Positions 61,130 to 64,000 of a DNA stretch of 64,000 nucleotides are shown here, piece after piece; within the stretch, counting starts at the first letter, position 1, and each line of letters starts with the position of its first letter. Under the pieces are notes generated by a model, which made no database searches, was not told the DNA's origin, and saw only the letters and a list, made by a program, of their open reading frames with translations. Location: positions 29,576,001 through 29,640,000 of the forward strand of contig CM119372.1 of the NCBI GenBank assembly GCA_051294905.1, given 5' to 3'. Made by a program: the position numbers and the translations under genes. The stretch is from Botryllus schlosseri (lineage: Eukaryota).

Positions 61130-62769
61130 CCGCCATGCCTTATATCAGGTTACCAATACACGCAGAAGCTACTGCCTCGCAGCAGGATATTAATCACAAC
61201 TTGGCCCGAGTTTCAAATAGTAACGTATGTATTGATATTTGGTTATGCTTAGTTAAATGCAGTTTGACCGATGCAGCTTGACGAACATTAGGCCTATTTA
61301 CTTACAGCAGACACAGATATGATATATTGTACGCGTCAAAATTGAACTTGACGATTTCCACATCGAAGCACTAAAAATCAACGGCTGCTGATATATATCA
61401 TAGCTGCATCGTTATTTGCCGCAATATCTGCATTGTAGGCAGAATTTAATGTTCACTTTCGTATTCTCATATGGTGCTACTTTAAACGGGCACCAATTGT
61501 TATTTCGCAATTCTTTACACAACATCTGGATCTGACACCGTAGTCATCCGCTTCTACACCATGCTAGCTTGGATTGCAGCTAGAATCAGGACCGAGACAG
61601 CACTTCGTACCCGAAAAGTTGGTCTCGGGCCCCTACAGTGTGAAGTTCTCCAAACCCCCTTTCCGACCTGGCTTTTTGCCGCAACTGGAAGACACGTTTT
61701 GAGGCATTGTGGATTCGCCGTGTATTTGTTTTTAAATCGCACCAAGTGCGAAAAATCTTTCAAGTTCATCACTGAATTTCATTTATAATATTGATAACTG
61801 CATATGTTACTATTCTTTTTTGATACTCTCTCAGTCCCGTGGTCAGATATACCGGTCTAGCTGGGGAAGGTGGTGTGTTCGAAAATTTAGGGCACGCTAC
61901 TCATATTTATAGCATCTTCGGCCGGGCCCAATTCGTGACCTCCTGTCTGCTACATAGTCAGAAGATATTGGGATCACCCGAACGTAGCAACATATAAGAA
62001 ATCTGAAAGAAATCTATTTTGAGTCGCACACACAAATTATCATTTCTTCGCGGGCGCATCATTTTTCTCTGTGGGTGGCCTAGTTGGCATTTACATTGTG
62101 GGATCTGATTAGGAGCAAGACAAGATTATTCGTCACGCCCATCCAGCGCGGTTATGGACAGTGGATACATACACAAAGTTTCGGCCAAGGTCTTTTTTTG
62201 ATAGCACACTTCACGAAGTTACATGTTGACCGAAGCTGCATATGTCTTGGATGTGTCGTGGCACGGTAATGACCGGCACCGTAATGCTTATATCAATAAA
62301 TAGGTAATTAAATCTTTCGAGAACACTCTATTAATTATATGCGTTGATTTACGAAATAACTTGGTGTCCTCTTCGGACTCTCTCCCCAACCTATCGGTAG
62401 TTTTGGTTACGACCCTGGCTAGAATGCAAATCGTTGGATGCGTGAAATCGTCAGCTATATATAGTTGATCAATGGGTATATTAGGACGTCAACAGCAAAT
62501 GACGTCATGATATCTCATCTATAAAGAAAGTTGTTCCCTCATGAGACCCTTCATCGCAATCGTGATATTGTCTTCCAATATGTGTTCAAAGATCAATTCT
62601 AAGAAAGAAAATCAATGTAATCGCGAGTAATCGTGATTACTTTTCCAATGTAATCGTAATCGTAATCGACTACTTCCAGATTTTGCTGTAATCGTAATCG
62701 TAATCGCCAGATTCAGAAGTCATCGTAATCGCAATCGATTACATTCATGAAGTAATCACCCCATGTCTG
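61130..62769 (+). mobile_element. Diverged, left-truncated family B copy
   Basis: Colinear with 36400-38058; ends gtaatcaccccatgtctg. Confidence 0.8.
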
Positions 62770-62987
62770 GTCCATTGTTATTTATAACTTTGTTAAACCA
62801 TGTTATTTCGCCATTCCCAGAAAAAGACTGCGCTATTGAAATGATATCAATATCGCTGACGAGTACGAGACCATACTAAAAGAAAAATCTCTTTCGTGAG
62901 GCCCACGTCATTGCAAATTACCATTTCTTCACAGTGCGCAATTGTATCTCGGTTTCAGACTTCAGCGAGAACACTATCTGCCCTTGG

Positions 62988-63166
62988 CAATGTTCCCTCT
63001 AATTTTTCACGAGTCTGCGCGCTTGCGCGGTACCGTGCAGAACAGTGCGCAACGACTAAAAAAAGTCATCACTTCAGATTTTTTGTGCGCAGCTTAGATT
63101 TTCTGTGCGCAGAGACCGTTTCAACACTGCGCATTTGCGCACGTGCGCAGCTTAGAGGGAACATTG
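62988..63166. mobile_element. Small MITE
   Basis: TIR caatgttccctct/agagggaacattg; tgcgc repeats; homologous to 4580-4831. Confidence 0.8.
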
Positions 63167-63290
63167 ATCGTGAGTAATAATTGTGATTGCTTTTCCAAAG
63201 TAATCGTAATCGTAATCGACTACTTGCTGATTTTGCTGTAATCGTAATCGCGTGATTTAGAAGTAATCGCACTCGTTTACATTCATGAAG

Positions 63291-64000
63291 CAGTGTTGGG
63301 ACGACTCGAGTCATGACTTGACTCGAGTCAGACTCGAGTCACCTTTTTCGTATGACTTGACTTGACTCGAGTCACTTTGCTAAAATGACTTGACTTGACT
63401 TGACTCGGCGTATCAAAATTGTGGATTGACTCGTGACTCGGAGCAAAATTCACGAGTCAATTTCAAGTCATCAAGTAATCGGTGTCGATAAAAATCCCTG
63501 TATCTTGCATATGGTCGGACTGTTCGCTAAATGCTGGTGTAACCCGTGAGAGCGACCAATCTTTCATTGATCGTGCGCTGTACTGAACCTCCATTGTTCT
63601 CTCACAAATAAATTTACCGCAAACGAAGTGATCGAATTTTACAGATTATACGTTGTCGTAAACTAGTACAGTAAAGTAATTTAATAGCAAAATGTATATT
63701 TCTGTTCTCTGTTCTTTCCCTAACCAAACCTCATGTTTTATTGAAATTGAAGTCAAATATAGTTAATACAGTCCTCATCCATTGGCGTAGGCTTGAATTG
63801 TATCATATCAATTTGTAAATGGTAATGTATTGCATCTTATCAATTCGTTTCTCTATTCTCTATTTTGACTGGTAACTATAAACTGAGGCTGTGTAATTAC
63901 TTACGTAGTTTAGCAGTTCTACGTATATGTCAGCGATACAGCGCCTTATTGCGTGTATATTTAACTCTATATTCGCTCATTGGTTCAGAATCAATGACCA
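63291..64000 (+). mobile_element. hAT-type MITE, family A, running off the window
   Basis: Starts cagtgttggga; colinear with 1-660. Confidence 0.9.

Overview
AT-rich, repeat-saturated eukaryotic DNA, most likely from an invertebrate animal (species cannot be determined from the sequence). Most of the window is nested DNA transposons and MITEs (mainly hAT-type, many with exact 8-bp target-site duplications) plus tRNA-derived SINEs. Almost all ORFs in the supplied track are chance ORFs. Four things stand out. (1) A 17.2-kb element (12649-29888) starts with AGTAGT and ends with ACTACT like a Maverick/Polinton. Its inverted arms are about 2.7 kb, and each carries an intronless BIR (IAP-like) gene plus an unknown ORF. 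It splits an older hAT transposase and shows no recognisable polymerase, integrase or capsid gene. (2) A decayed ISL2EU-like element (42883-47263) has a THAP-coding segment in both inverted arms and a broken YqaJ/lambda-exonuclease-like gene. (3) The only clear host gene is a 4-exon GPI-anchored Ly6/three-finger protein (50307-57400) that the ORF track misses; its exons 1-3 are tandemly duplicated (period 2717 bp). (4) A foldback element is filled with telomere-like G-rich and C-rich arrays (8332-9168). All family assignments come from motifs read by eye; no database search was run.
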